In this document: positions 1 through 9,073 of the stretch, piece by piece
Position numbering within the stretch: the first letter of the stretch is position 1
How the letters are laid out: every line of letters begins with the position of its first letter
Sequence record: MK962756
DNA: 64,000 nt
Reading direction: 5' to 3' (one strand)
From: Shigella phage JK42
Position numbers and translations under genes: made by a program
Notes under the pieces: generated by a model
The model's database searches: none
What the model saw: the letters and a program-made list of their open reading frames with translations, nothing else
Told to the model about the DNA's origin: nothing

Positions 1-2214
1 TTATTTGGCCGCTTCCACGGCCTTCATGAATTTAACGATTTGAGCGACCTGTTCTTTTGAAAGAGTACCACGTCGTCCCATGTAGTCTGACACAATATGA
101 TAATTGGTTTCGAATTCAATAACCATTTTATCATCATTATCGTAAGCATTATCTTTAAGCTTATCGAAAATTTTAGCACACAATTCTAACTTCTTATTCA
201 GGTCTGTATTAGTAGCACCTGCGAATCGATTCCATCCCCAACGATTATTTACTGTTGAGAGTTTTGCAAAGTCTTTACTGATTTCTTTGTTCTTAGAGCT
301 AAAATACTTACTAAGGAAGTTAAGCTCTTCATTACGAGTAATATGATTCAAATAAGGCTGTGCTCTACGACTTGGTGATACATACTCATCATAATCCACT
401 TTATCGATTAGCGTAATATAGTCATTAATTGATTTTTCGAACAAGCATTCTACTTCACCAAGTTTACGAACTTTCTTAGCAATCTGTGGACGAACTACAG
501 TGAACTCTTTAATACCTGACAAATCAGCAATACGGGTCAAGAAATTGGAGTCATAGTTCAACCAACCTTTATCTGCGTCAAGACATTCAGCATTAGAACG
601 ATTACGAACTATAGCATAACCTTGGATTTCATCAGCTTCACTCGCTGGAATAAAGAGATCTTCTGATACCCAAACATCGTTTTCATTCTTAAAGAACCGA
701 TGAGCACTCGGGGATTTAGGACGAGGCCCATTAGAACGAGTCTTGACTTCAATCCATGGCTTAACGATTTGTAAAAGCTCTGAAGTCTTGTACATGTTAA
801 TGTTGTCGCCATCAAAGATAACTTTAAGACGTTCCAGAAGTTTCATTGCATCTTCGTCTGTAGGGTCAACGAATAGTACGCTTTTACCAAAACCGCGTGG
901 AACTTTACCGGTTAATTTAACCTCGTCTTTAGACATTTCAATTGAATTAAGAGCTCGCATTAATGGAACGCGTCCCTTAACGTCGTCAATAACAATTTCA
1001 ACGTTTTTAATGTTAATGCCAATCAGACTGTTAATTGAAATAGTTGTCGATGAGCTACCACTTTCACGAATACGACGAAGACGAGGGGATTCAACGATAT
1101 CGTATACGACACCAAGATTACACCACTCAGGCCCCATTTTAAAACGTTTGTACAACTCAGAATAAGTTAGTTGTTCTTTAGAGTATTTCAGTGATTCAAT
1201 ATTAGACCCAGCCTTTTCCATGTATTTACGAGCGGTATAACCAAGAGAATCAATTTCACGGAACACATGACGCGGGTATTTACAATCAATCCATTTCTTA
1301 GAATCTTCAGCGAACAATTTAGCATCGATTTCTGCAACGCGTTTATGGATATTTGCTACTGTACGTTTATCAAATGACAATGCTTCACGAGACGGGGCTA
1401 CATCTAGTTCACCCATAGGGAATTTAATATAAGCTGTAGTGCATCGCGTCATCATCCATGTTTGTTCTTTAATAACACTTCCGATTGGATATACAATACC
1501 ACCATAAACAGCCATGATATTACCACGTTCACCCCATGGAGCTTCCTTGGCCAAATATACATCGTCAAATTCAGGAAAGTATTTAATATCTTTAACACCA
1601 CGAACTTCTGCAATATCACCTAGAGGACGCATAACATATGCAATTTCGGATGCGAACTTTTCAAAATCTTCCGGGTTAACCGGTACAACTACTTCTACAC
1701 CCGTACGGTCATCAGGGCCCATCTTATCTACAAAGGTTGGCTTAATTTGTGGACCCGTGTCATCTTGGTAGATTACGTAACCACGAACTTCACCGTTGTG
1801 ATAAGACGTAAGGTTAAACGTATCGGTATATGCTAGTGGAGCTTTAGAGCCGAGTCCGAATCCACCAATGAAATCGTTACTCGATGTTTTAGTTGAAGCA
1901 AAATATGAGTTATAGATTCCTGGCTCTTCATCATTACCTCGAATGGTGAAATCGCTCATACCAGGACCAAAGTCTCGAACTACAAAACGTGGGTCTAAAC
2001 GACCTGGAGCCTGAACAATAAACTTATCAGTGCAACCATTAAGAATTTGTCCATCAATACAGTTTGTGATTAATTCACGTACACAAGCCAATTCTTTGTT
2101 TGTATAAAGGTCATTAGACAAAATCTTATAAACTTTGCTATTGCCTTGAATAGTGAATGCTGTGCTTTTACCACCAGAACCAATAATCGTTTCTTTAGCC
2201 GTTTCAATAATCAT
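1..2214 (-). CDS. rIIA: rIIA membrane-associated protein (GHKL-type ATPase-like N-terminus)
   Basis: 737-aa complete ORF with stop at 1..3; N-terminal sequence and length match remembered T4 rIIA (725 aa); first gene of the canonical T4 map. Confidence 0.85.
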   Translation of the reverse strand: MIIETAKETIIGSGGKSTAFTIQGNSKVYKILSNDLYTNKELACVRELITNCIDGQILNGCTDKFIVQAPGRLDPRFVVRDFGPGMSDFTIRGNDEEPGIYNSYFASTKTSSNDFIGGFGLGSKAPLAYTDTFNLTSYHNGEVRGYVIYQDDTGPQIKPTFVDKMGPDDRTGVEVVVPVNPEDFEKFASEIAYVMRPLGDIAEVRGVKDIKYFPEFDDVYLAKEAPWGERGNIMAVYGGIVYPIGSVIKEQTWMMTRCTTAYIKFPMGELDVAPSREALSFDKRTVANIHKRVAEIDAKLFAEDSKKWIDCKYPRHVFREIDSLGYTARKYMEKAGSNIESLKYSKEQLTYSELYKRFKMGPEWCNLGVVYDIVESPRLRRIRESGSSSTTISINSLIGINIKNVEIVIDDVKGRVPLMRALNSIEMSKDEVKLTGKVPRGFGKSVLFVDPTDEDAMKLLERLKVIFDGDNINMYKTSELLQIVKPWIEVKTRSNGPRPKSPSAHRFFKNENDVWVSEDLFIPASEADEIQGYAIVRNRSNAECLDADKGWLNYDSNFLTRIADLSGIKEFTVVRPQIAKKVRKLGEVECLFEKSINDYITLIDKVDYDEYVSPSRRAQPYLNHITRNEELNFLSKYFSSKNKEISKDFAKLSTVNNRWGWNRFAGATNTDLNKKLELCAKIFDKLKDNAYDNDDKMVIEFETNYHIVSDYMGRRGTLSKEQVAQIVKFMKAVEAAK

Positions 2215-2226
2215 ATTTTTCTCTCA

Positions 2227-2427
2227 TCACAAGTTACGTTTAAAAATTTCTGCCACTTCGAGAAGTTCTTCTTTAGTAGCTGTATCGGTTTGTATTTTAT
2301 ATCGAATTTCTTTAAAGCGTTCTTTAAAGGACTCTGCTGACTCGATATCAAAAAATCTTTGGATAAGCCGGAATTCCCGGAGCACTGCTTTATCAAAAAG
2401 TTCCAAGTCCACGTTATATGTTCTCAT
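2227..2427 (-). CDS. small hypothetical protein at the rIIA.1 position
   Basis: 66-aa ORF directly downstream of rIIA on the same strand; assigned by position only. Confidence 0.45.
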   Translation of the reverse strand: MRTYNVDLELFDKAVLREFRLIQRFFDIESAESFKERFKEIRYKIQTDTATKEELLEVAEIFKRNL

Positions 2428-2452
2428 AATATTCTCTTCAGTAGATTCCTAG

Positions 2453-2503
2453 GGCACTATTACTAAAGACCATATAATCTATCATCTTATGTGTAATAGT
2501 GCC
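2453..2503. repeat. 11-bp perfect inverted repeat (GGCACTATTAC ... GTAATAGTGCC) with 29-nt A/T-rich loop
   Basis: Read directly: arms at 2453-2463 and 2493-2503; lies between the glycosyltransferase stop and the rIIA.1-like start. Confidence 0.4.
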
Positions 2504-2519
2504 TCAGGCTATTCAGGAT

Positions 2520-3620
2520 TTACGCTGTGAAGATTTTATCCCACATCGCAACAACTGCATCTCGGTTATACTTCTTCCATACTGCTTCAGCACGTTTAAC
2601 TCGAGCTTCGTATGTGTCAGTGAATTCTAATACAGCTTTTGTGTAAAGCGCAACTACTTCTTTCTTAGGAGTAGATGAATCAATTTCTACACGCACAGTA
2701 TCTGGGTCGTATTCAAATGTCGCATGAGGATAATCCTTAAAAACTAACTGGATTACAGGGACACCTTTAGAGATGGCTTCAATAGAACTATTCTCTACCG
2801 TACCTGTGTCAGGACAAGTATTAATAAGTGCTTTAGCTGTTTTAAGACGTTCCATGATTTCACTGTGTGGAGCATCAATAATAACAGGATATTTAGCCGG
2901 TGGCGCCCATTTGCTTGGACAGTATCCTGCACCATTTTCGCCTAGTGCTTTAATCGCTTCAAGAGCAACATCAGTACGACGCATTTTAGTGTCATAACGT
3001 TGTGCACTAATAATCAGATCCGTCGCCGGAAGAACTTCTGGCTTTTCAGTCAAACAAATAACCGGATAATCTTCGGCTTCAAACAACGGATTTGCTCGCC
3101 AATAATCATAATCAATTTTGTCAGTCAGACCTGAAGTCATATAACAATATTTACGTTCAAATTCACGGAAGGCTTTAGTAGGAGCATAACTCTTACCACC
3201 ATTCTTATGAATTTGAATAGTCTGGTCCCAAATTTGAACAATGCCACGAGATACCGGTTCAAATGGTGTTGCCATAAAATTCTTATGAACTTTAGAGAGA
3301 CCTGCGTCTTTAATTGCCTGAACGGTTAGTTTAGTCGGTTCCATAGTAACAACAAAATCGTATTCATGAATGCCGGCTAGTTCAACAATCTTACGAGCCA
3401 TAGTATAACTCATACCTAGACTGAATTTAGTCAGATGACCAACAGGATGATGATTAACCTTCCAATCACCAAATGTGTCATTATCAAAGCCGATATAATC
3501 AATATCAGCACCGATGGACACAAGATATTTCAACACATTTAAATGTACTGCTTCAAGACCACCTTGTACACGTTCTGGGTTAAATGGGACTGCGCGAGAT
3601 GGGATAAACATAACTTTCAT
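2520..3620 (-). CDS. GT-B fold glycosyltransferase (GT4-like); candidate DNA hmC sugar transferase
   Basis: 366 aa; N-terminus MKVMFIPSRAVPFNPERVQGGLEAVHLNVLKYL and C-terminal ...TGTVENSSIEAISKGVPVI resemble retaining GT-B enzymes; inserted between rIIA.1 and gene 39 where T4 has gene 60/mobA. Confidence 0.6.
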   Translation of the reverse strand: MKVMFIPSRAVPFNPERVQGGLEAVHLNVLKYLVSIGADIDYIGFDNDTFGDWKVNHHPVGHLTKFSLGMSYTMARKIVELAGIHEYDFVVTMEPTKLTVQAIKDAGLSKVHKNFMATPFEPVSRGIVQIWDQTIQIHKNGGKSYAPTKAFREFERKYCYMTSGLTDKIDYDYWRANPLFEAEDYPVICLTEKPEVLPATDLIISAQRYDTKMRRTDVALEAIKALGENGAGYCPSKWAPPAKYPVIIDAPHSEIMERLKTAKALINTCPDTGTVENSSIEAISKGVPVIQLVFKDYPHATFEYDPDTVRVEIDSSTPKKEVVALYTKAVLEFTDTYEARVKRAEAVWKKYNRDAVVAMWDKIFTA

Positions 3621-3646
3621 AATTAAGCCTTATTAAAATTAAAATG

Positions 3647-3664
3647 AAGCTCCCGAAGGAGCTT
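3647..3664 (-). terminator. hairpin AAGCTCC-CGAA-GGAGCTT followed on the minus strand by a U-rich tract
   Basis: 7-bp stem with 4-nt loop overlapping the gene 39 stop codon; minus-strand reading gives hairpin then CAUUUUAAUUUUAAU. Confidence 0.5.
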
Positions 3665-5480
3665 AGGACATCCATTCTTTACGAAGTTCTGAATCATCAC
3701 CCATCAACATTTCAAAGAGTTCTTTCCAATTTTCAGGAAGTTTAACTACGTCGTACACAGGGTTCTGAATCATTTCACGATATTCTGACTTTTCAAGGGA
3801 GCCTAATCCCTTGATGTATCTAATACTATGCTTAGGCAGTGTATCTTTAACTTCTTCATACTCAGCTACAGTATAAAACCATTTTTGAGTTTTGCCAATT
3901 TGTGCAATAATTACAGGTGTTTTAACAAAGCGAATACGTCCTTGTTCAAACAATTCAGGCCAATTACTAAAGAAAGCAAGCAAAGCCGGATAAATACTTC
4001 CAAGGCCGTCATGATCGGCATCGGTCATAATTGCAATATTACGGTAGTTCGTATTCTCTGCCTTTTCACCAAGAATAAGACCTGTGATAGCACAGATATC
4101 AAAGAGCTCTTTGTTCTTCATCATATCAGCATATGACATACCCCAGCTATTCATCACCTTACCACGTAATGGGAATCCACCGTGTAGTTCACGGTCACGA
4201 ACATCAATGAGATAACCAATTGCAGAATCACCTTCTGTTAAGAACAATGTCGTATCTGCATCTTTACCACATTGGTTAGCTTTAATATGCTTATGAACCT
4301 TAGCTTTAGTTGCCTTTTTAGCTGCTTTAGTTTCTGCAGCCTTTTCTGCCGCCAATTTACGAGCTAATGCTGCTTCAACAATAGGCATAATCAAGGCTTC
4401 GTTTTTAAGAAGTGCCTGAGCAATTTTCTTAGCATCTAATTGGATATGATTACGAATATCACCATACGTTGACGTTAAACGTTCTTTAGTCTGAGAATCA
4501 AAACGCATGTTGCTCATGTCTCTAATAAACATCAACATTGTGAGACATTCTTTAACACGAGCTTTAGTGACTTCAATACCCTTATATTTCTTTTTAATAC
4601 CGGGCAAAAGATGTTCGCAGATATCATCCATTACACATTCAACATGATGACCACCATTTTTAGTATGGATGTTATTCACATAAGTTAAATGACGGAAGCC
4701 ATCTGGTGATGTTGTGAATGCTATAGAGACTTTATCATTTTCTTGAATGATGTTATCTTCACCAAATTGTTTAGCAAATCGTTTAAAATTACCATCAACC
4801 TTTTTACCATTAAATGTGAACTTGATATCAGGATAAACGACTGCCAATGTTTGAAGTCTGTCTAAAGTAATATCTAAATAAATTTGAGATAAATTATGCT
4901 CTTCAAATGAAGAGAAATCAGGAGTGAAGATTACTTTAGTGCCTTTACATTTAGATTTCTTAGAAGACCATGATTTGTTTTCCATTCCGTTTGAACAGTT
5001 AACAGTGATTTCATTTTCGCCATCTGACGTGATGCCTGTAAACAACGTAGAGAAGATATTAGTTAAACTACTCCCGACGCCGTTCATACCACCAGTCTTG
5101 CGTTCAGAATCATCACCAAAGTTACCACCAGCCTTTGGAATAGTCCAGGCTGCTACAGGCCCAGGAATTTGTTCACCTGTTTGGTCGGTAACTAAACCTT
5201 GAGGAATACCACGTCCGTTATCTTCCACCGAAACTTGATTATTTTTAATTTGCACATCAATTTTATTTGCAAACTTAAATGATGTACGAATAGATTCATC
5301 AACCGAGTTGTCAATAATCTCATCGATTAATTTAACCAGACCAGGAACATATTCAACTTGTTGATATTTACCAAACAAAAAACGCTCATGTGCTTCTTTA
5401 GCAGAAGAACCAATATACATACCACTACGTTTCTTAATATGTTCTACATCTGACAATACCTTAATTTCATTTTTAATCAT
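3663..5480 (-). CDS. 39: DNA topoisomerase II large (ATPase, GyrB-like) subunit, fused 39/60 form
   Basis: 605 aa, GyrB-like sequence (…KKRSGMYIGSS…); the length fits the unsplit form of gp39 and no gene-60 bypass element is present. Confidence 0.9.
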   Translation of the reverse strand: MIKNEIKVLSDVEHIKKRSGMYIGSSAKEAHERFLFGKYQQVEYVPGLVKLIDEIIDNSVDESIRTSFKFANKIDVQIKNNQVSVEDNGRGIPQGLVTDQTGEQIPGPVAAWTIPKAGGNFGDDSERKTGGMNGVGSSLTNIFSTLFTGITSDGENEITVNCSNGMENKSWSSKKSKCKGTKVIFTPDFSSFEEHNLSQIYLDITLDRLQTLAVVYPDIKFTFNGKKVDGNFKRFAKQFGEDNIIQENDKVSIAFTTSPDGFRHLTYVNNIHTKNGGHHVECVMDDICEHLLPGIKKKYKGIEVTKARVKECLTMLMFIRDMSNMRFDSQTKERLTSTYGDIRNHIQLDAKKIAQALLKNEALIMPIVEAALARKLAAEKAAETKAAKKATKAKVHKHIKANQCGKDADTTLFLTEGDSAIGYLIDVRDRELHGGFPLRGKVMNSWGMSYADMMKNKELFDICAITGLILGEKAENTNYRNIAIMTDADHDGLGSIYPALLAFFSNWPELFEQGRIRFVKTPVIIAQIGKTQKWFYTVAEYEEVKDTLPKHSIRYIKGLGSLEKSEYREMIQNPVYDVVKLPENWKELFEMLMGDDSELRKEWMS

Positions 5481-5529
5481 GTTGTCTCCTCGTTATGAAG
5501 GTATTCTATCATCCGAAATCTAAAGCAAA

Positions 5530-5545
5530 AAGGGCCGAAGCCCTT
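5530..5545 (-). terminator. hairpin AAGGGC-CGAA-GCCCTT plus U tract
   Basis: 6-bp stem with 4-nt loop overlapping the stop of the 140-aa ORF; minus strand continues UUUUGCUUU. Confidence 0.5.
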
Positions 5546-5966
5546 ATTTAAATTTAATTTTCTGAAGTGCATCAATTGCAGCCAAACGCCCTTGTTCACT
5601 TTTAACTGTAATGACCACATCACCTGATACGATCACCGAACCATCAACAAATTCTATAGAGCCTTTTTTGAAATCTACGGCTGTATCTGATTCAGGAACT
5701 TCTTCAAAGAATTTAAATTCTGCACCGTAAATTAGAATATCACCTTGCATACTAATGATTGTACGTCCAGGTCCATCGGTTTCAGCGGCAATCATTGAAA
5801 CACCGTAACCAATCATCTCTTCCACAATAAAATCTTTGGACAATAAAGTAGTATGCAGATTAGTATTAAGACGTTTACCAGTCGTATTAAGAATTCTCAA
5901 GAAATTATCTTCCTGTCCTTTGATAATACGATATTTCTTACCAACTTCAAAACCTTTAAAAGACAT
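5544..5966 (-). CDS. hypothetical protein
   Basis: 140-aa ORF between terminator hairpin and coupled small ORF; no recognised motif. Confidence 0.5.
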   Translation of the reverse strand: MSFKGFEVGKKYRIIKGQEDNFLRILNTTGKRLNTNLHTTLLSKDFIVEEMIGYGVSMIAAETDGPGRTIISMQGDILIYGAEFKFFEEVPESDTAVDFKKGSIEFVDGSVIVSGDVVITVKSEQGRLAAIDALQKIKFK

Positions 5967-5968
5967 AA

Positions 5969-6148
5969 TTAACCCTTCTTAAGTAAGTCGTAAAAACCAC
6001 CGTTCACATGTTTAGGAGCAGAAACCCGACGAGTAGACAGACGATGACATTCAGGGCAAACATCGTTTTCTCGTTCAGAAATTCTTTTAATTTTTTCATA
6101 TTCATGACCACAATCTTCAGATTGACATTTATAGTCGTATAACGGCAT
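5969..6148 (-). CDS. small zinc-ribbon protein (FmdB-like CxxC...CxxC)
   Basis: Hand translation: [59 protein letters not shown]; start overlaps upstream stop (TAATG), stop abuts next ATG; below the ORF-track length cutoff. Confidence 0.5.
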   Translation of the reverse strand: MPLYDYKCQSEDCGHEYEKIKRISERENDVCPECHRLSTRRVSAPKHVNGGFYDLLKKG

Positions 6149-6579
6149 TATTGTTCCTTAAAATGTGCTTTCAACATTTGATATAAAGACCATGCCTGGT
6201 CGTTATTTTCGATAGTAATCTTCATCACAGGAAATTCAGACAATTCATCAAGTTCACCAGAATCTTGCTCTTCGGACGCTTGATATGGATTTCCAACTTC
6301 GTCAAAGAATTCTGCTTCATTCGTGGAGAGCCAGATAAAGTTTTCATCAAGGATATCACCACCTGTTGCGTATCCAACCATGCCGGTAGATGTCACAATT
6401 TTAGTAGGACGACCAAGATGGTCAACATCTAATACTTTAAATGGTTCCATGCCAAGACGTCGTGCATAAATCCCATTATCAGTGTGGTCTTTAATAAACT
6501 CTTCTTGGGCACGTTTATCTTTAAATTGGTACCATGAGTTAACGCGGAATTTATTAGCCATTAGTAAGTTTCCTTCCAA
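6148..6579 (-). CDS. hypothetical protein
   Basis: 143-aa ORF, acidic C-terminal half. Confidence 0.5.
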   Translation of the reverse strand: MEGNLLMANKFRVNSWYQFKDKRAQEEFIKDHTDNGIYARRLGMEPFKVLDVDHLGRPTKIVTSTGMVGYATGGDILDENFIWLSTNEAEFFDEVGNPYQASEEQDSGELDELSEFPVMKITIENNDQAWSLYQMLKAHFKEQ

Positions 6580-6833
6580 TAAGTTGTACCATTTTCAGTG
6601 ATTTCACGGAAGATACCATAGATAGGCATTTCATCACCGAGTTTTTCGTAAACGTAAACCACTTCAGTGTAGCATAAAAATTCGGTCCAGTTTTTCTGTA
6701 CAACAACTAAATCAGGATTAAACAGAACATCTTCAAACTCATCGATGTTTGAATCAGTAGTTACGTTTTTAATGATTTGACGTTTCATAATATTCTCCTC
6801 TTGTTTTGATATGTCTATAGTATCATAGACCAT
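6561..6833 (-). CDS. hypothetical protein
   Basis: 90-aa ORF in the gene chain. Confidence 0.45.
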   Translation of the reverse strand: MVYDTIDISKQEENIMKRQIIKNVTTDSNIDEFEDVLFNPDLVVVQKNWTEFLCYTEVVYVYEKLGDEMPIYGIFREITENGTTYWKETY

Positions 6834-6845
6834 AGTTGTTGTACA

Positions 6846-7370
6846 TCATTTTAGCAAAATAAAATCAACTTGTTCTGCTAATGAACGTCTGAACATTAAT
6901 TGACAACTTCCGAGTATGAAATCAGGTGCTTCATAGACCGCGATGTAGTATCCTTTAGCTTTCAAGAGTTCAACATCCACCTGGTCATCAAACCATGCAT
7001 AAACCGCGTCAACACTTTCAAATCCAAAATAGAACCCTTGAGCCCAATCTTCACTCAATTCAAATGTGTGCTCAATTCTATAGTATCTTAAGATATTTTG
7101 TTCAAGGAGTTTGTCTTCATTTACTGTAGGACGATTAGGGACATTATAGTTGTCGCCGTGATGGTAGAAGTTACCTGAGAGTATTCCATGCTTATCAAGG
7201 AACTCCCATGTTTCTTCAGAGTTGTCAGTGCCTGACCAACCGTACGGCGAGCGAGGTTCTTTATTCCAAGAGGTTTCCCAAATTCTGACGGCTTTACCGT
7301 CTTCGATAGCAATTCCGGGTAATGATTCACGTTGAGTACAAAAACTACGTTCTACGCGGTAAACTAACAT
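6846..7370 (-). CDS. hypothetical protein
   Basis: 174-aa ORF with an early-promoter-like element just upstream (7391-7426). Confidence 0.55.
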   Translation of the reverse strand: MLVYRVERSFCTQRESLPGIAIEDGKAVRIWETSWNKEPRSPYGWSGTDNSEETWEFLDKHGILSGNFYHHGDNYNVPNRPTVNEDKLLEQNILRYYRIEHTFELSEDWAQGFYFGFESVDAVYAWFDDQVDVELLKAKGYYIAVYEAPDFILGSCQLMFRRSLAEQVDFILLK

Positions 7371-7390
7371 ATTATTCTCCTCTGGTTGAT

Positions 7391-7426
7391 ATGGTTATAA
7401 TATCAAAACCAGAGGAGAAGTAAACT
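7391..7426 (-). promoter_or_regulatory. sigma70-type early promoter (GTTTAC -35; A/T -10)
   Basis: Plus strand shows ttataatatc ... gtaaac; minus strand reads GTTTAC, ~16-17 nt, TATTATAA; sits in the intergenic gap. Confidence 0.4.
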
Positions 7427-7429
7427 ACT

Positions 7430-7849
7430 TTATGCAAAAGATGCTTGGCTATATCCTTTGATTTGGAATTCAGGAACTACCATGAACTGTCCGGCGAAAA
7501 CGATGTTATAAAGCTTAACACCATCTTCAACCCATTGGTCTGAAATAAAACCAGCGACTTGATTCGTTGTCCATGGAGACCCATCAGTTGCGGCAGCAAT
7601 AGTAAATTCATGATCTTTTACAACTAAAACTGACCTGCACAGTTTCCATTTGAATGCTTTTTCTTCTGGTTCAATGAACTGACTTGAGACGTAACCAATG
7701 TTACCATTAACATCTCGAACTTTAACTTCGTTACGTCCAAAAACCGGATCACTCACAGAAAGAACTTCAACCAACTTCCCGGCAACTTTAGAGCGAGAAG
7801 CAACAGATACATATACGTAATCACCTGTAGAGAGATTTACAATATTCAT
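7430..7849 (-). CDS. hypothetical protein, tandem paralog A
   Basis: 139 aa; shares ASRSKxAGKLVEV, FKWxLC and GFISDQWVEDGxKLYNIVF with the adjacent ORF. Confidence 0.55.
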   Translation of the reverse strand: MNIVNLSTGDYVYVSVASRSKVAGKLVEVLSVSDPVFGRNEVKVRDVNGNIGYVSSQFIEPEEKAFKWKLCRSVLVVKDHEFTIAAATDGSPWTTNQVAGFISDQWVEDGVKLYNIVFAGQFMVVPEFQIKGYSQASFA

Positions 7850-7858
7850 AATAATTCC

Positions 7859-8320
7859 TTAAGCTTTACGAGGAGACACATAGCGAGTGATTTCAGATTC
7901 TTTAACAACTCGGAAGTCACCTAAGAATACGATATTGTATAACTTTTCACCATCTTCAACCCATTGGTCGCTAATGAAGCCACACATAGTATCAGTTTTG
8001 CTTGAACCGTATTCATCGATGAAGTCAAATTCTTTATCAGTCTGGAATTCAACACCTTTACACAAGGCCCATTTGAACTGTGTAGTAGGCTCAACGATAT
8101 CGCTTGAAGCAAAGTGGGCACTTACACGAGTTTCCAAGAATTTAGGACTTACATAGGCGAACTGAGTTTCAGTTTTTCCAGAACTAGGAATGATTCGAAC
8201 TTTAACTTCTTTAATACGGCCCATGCCATTAGTACGAAGTCCTACTACTTCAACCAGCTTTCCTGCAGCTTTAGAACGAGACGCTGTCGATACACGCTTA
8301 ATTTCACCAATATTAATCAT
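7859..8320 (-). CDS. hypothetical protein, tandem paralog B
   Basis: 153 aa; paralog of 7430..7849 (same conserved blocks). Confidence 0.55.
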   Translation of the reverse strand: MINIGEIKRVSTASRSKAAGKLVEVVGLRTNGMGRIKEVKVRIIPSSGKTETQFAYVSPKFLETRVSAHFASSDIVEPTTQFKWALCKGVEFQTDKEFDFIDEYGSSKTDTMCGFISDQWVEDGEKLYNIVFLGDFRVVKESEITRYVSPRKA

Positions 8321-8351
8321 ATTTTTTTCTCTCTTTGTTTAAGTTGAATTC

Positions 8352-8380
8352 ATTATACTCCATCCATCCTTGGTTGTAAA
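8352..8380 (-). promoter_or_regulatory. early promoter TTTACA-N17-TATAAT, copy 1 of a repeated 31-bp element
   Basis: Plus strand cattatactccatccatccttggttgtaaac; minus strand gives -35 TTTACA, 17-nt spacer, -10 TATAAT. Confidence 0.5.
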
Positions 8381-8386
8381 CCGGTT

Positions 8387-9064
8387 TTATCGCTGTTTTA
8401 CACTTAACGGGTCAGGATTCTCAGGGACATCTTCAAGGCCAAGCGCATAACGCTGAGCATATTTTAACATCAAAATATCTTTAGCACAATCATGAATACT
8501 ATCATGGGCAACGAATCCTTTTAGCGTACCCATCGGTAATGGACACATACTTAATCCTCGTGTCAACGAGTAAGCTTCGATTGCCGTACGAATATCACGT
8601 TGAGCCCAGAATTTAACCGGTTCTAATTTATCAGTATCAATATCTGGTTCAAGAACACCTTCATCACGATAGAGGTCACGAATCAAATCGACCAAGATCG
8701 GGAAGTCAAAGCTCATACCACGGCACCACATCTGTGATTTCCATTGGTCAACTTTATTAGCTCGACAATAATCTAAAAAGATTTTAATGCCTTCAAGCGT
8801 AGTGACATCGTCTTCAGACGGAGCCAGGTTTTTACGCGCTTCTGCTGACTGTTCTTTCCACCATTTCATAGTGGATTTAGCGAAAACTCGCTTCCCTTTC
8901 TGAGAAGCTAAATTAAATTTAATTCGCTTACCTCGTTGAACAAGTTCTTCAAATGATTCAACAACTTCAGGGTCGGAATTATATGCAATAACCGCAAGGT
9001 CAATAACAGCCGCTTTTGATGTATTGCCGAATGTTTCAAAATCTATAATAACATCAGTGCTCAT
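8387..9064 (-). CDS. dexA: exonuclease A (DEDDh 3'-5' exonuclease)
   Basis: 225 aa; N-terminal ...IIDFETFGN... exonuclease motif; size and position after dda as in T4. Confidence 0.8.
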   Translation of the reverse strand: MSTDVIIDFETFGNTSKAAVIDLAVIAYNSDPEVVESFEELVQRGKRIKFNLASQKGKRVFAKSTMKWWKEQSAEARKNLAPSEDDVTTLEGIKIFLDYCRANKVDQWKSQMWCRGMSFDFPILVDLIRDLYRDEGVLEPDIDTDKLEPVKFWAQRDIRTAIEAYSLTRGLSMCPLPMGTLKGFVAHDSIHDCAKDILMLKYAQRYALGLEDVPENPDPLSVKQR

Positions 9065-9073
9065 AATTTTCTC

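Noticed and set aside
743-1771. Plus-strand ORFs (743..1165, 1514..1771 and many similar ones across the window) nested inside long minus-strand genes
   Set aside because: They lie antisense within well-supported conserved genes (rIIA, 39, 43, 46, nrdD and others), lack convincing ribosome-binding sites and have low-complexity translations; treated as chance ORFs.
3663-5480. Search for a split topoisomerase (separate gene 60) and the gene 60 translational bypass element
   Set aside because: Gene 39 is one continuous 605-aa ORF; no interrupted coding gap is present, so no bypass element is claimed.
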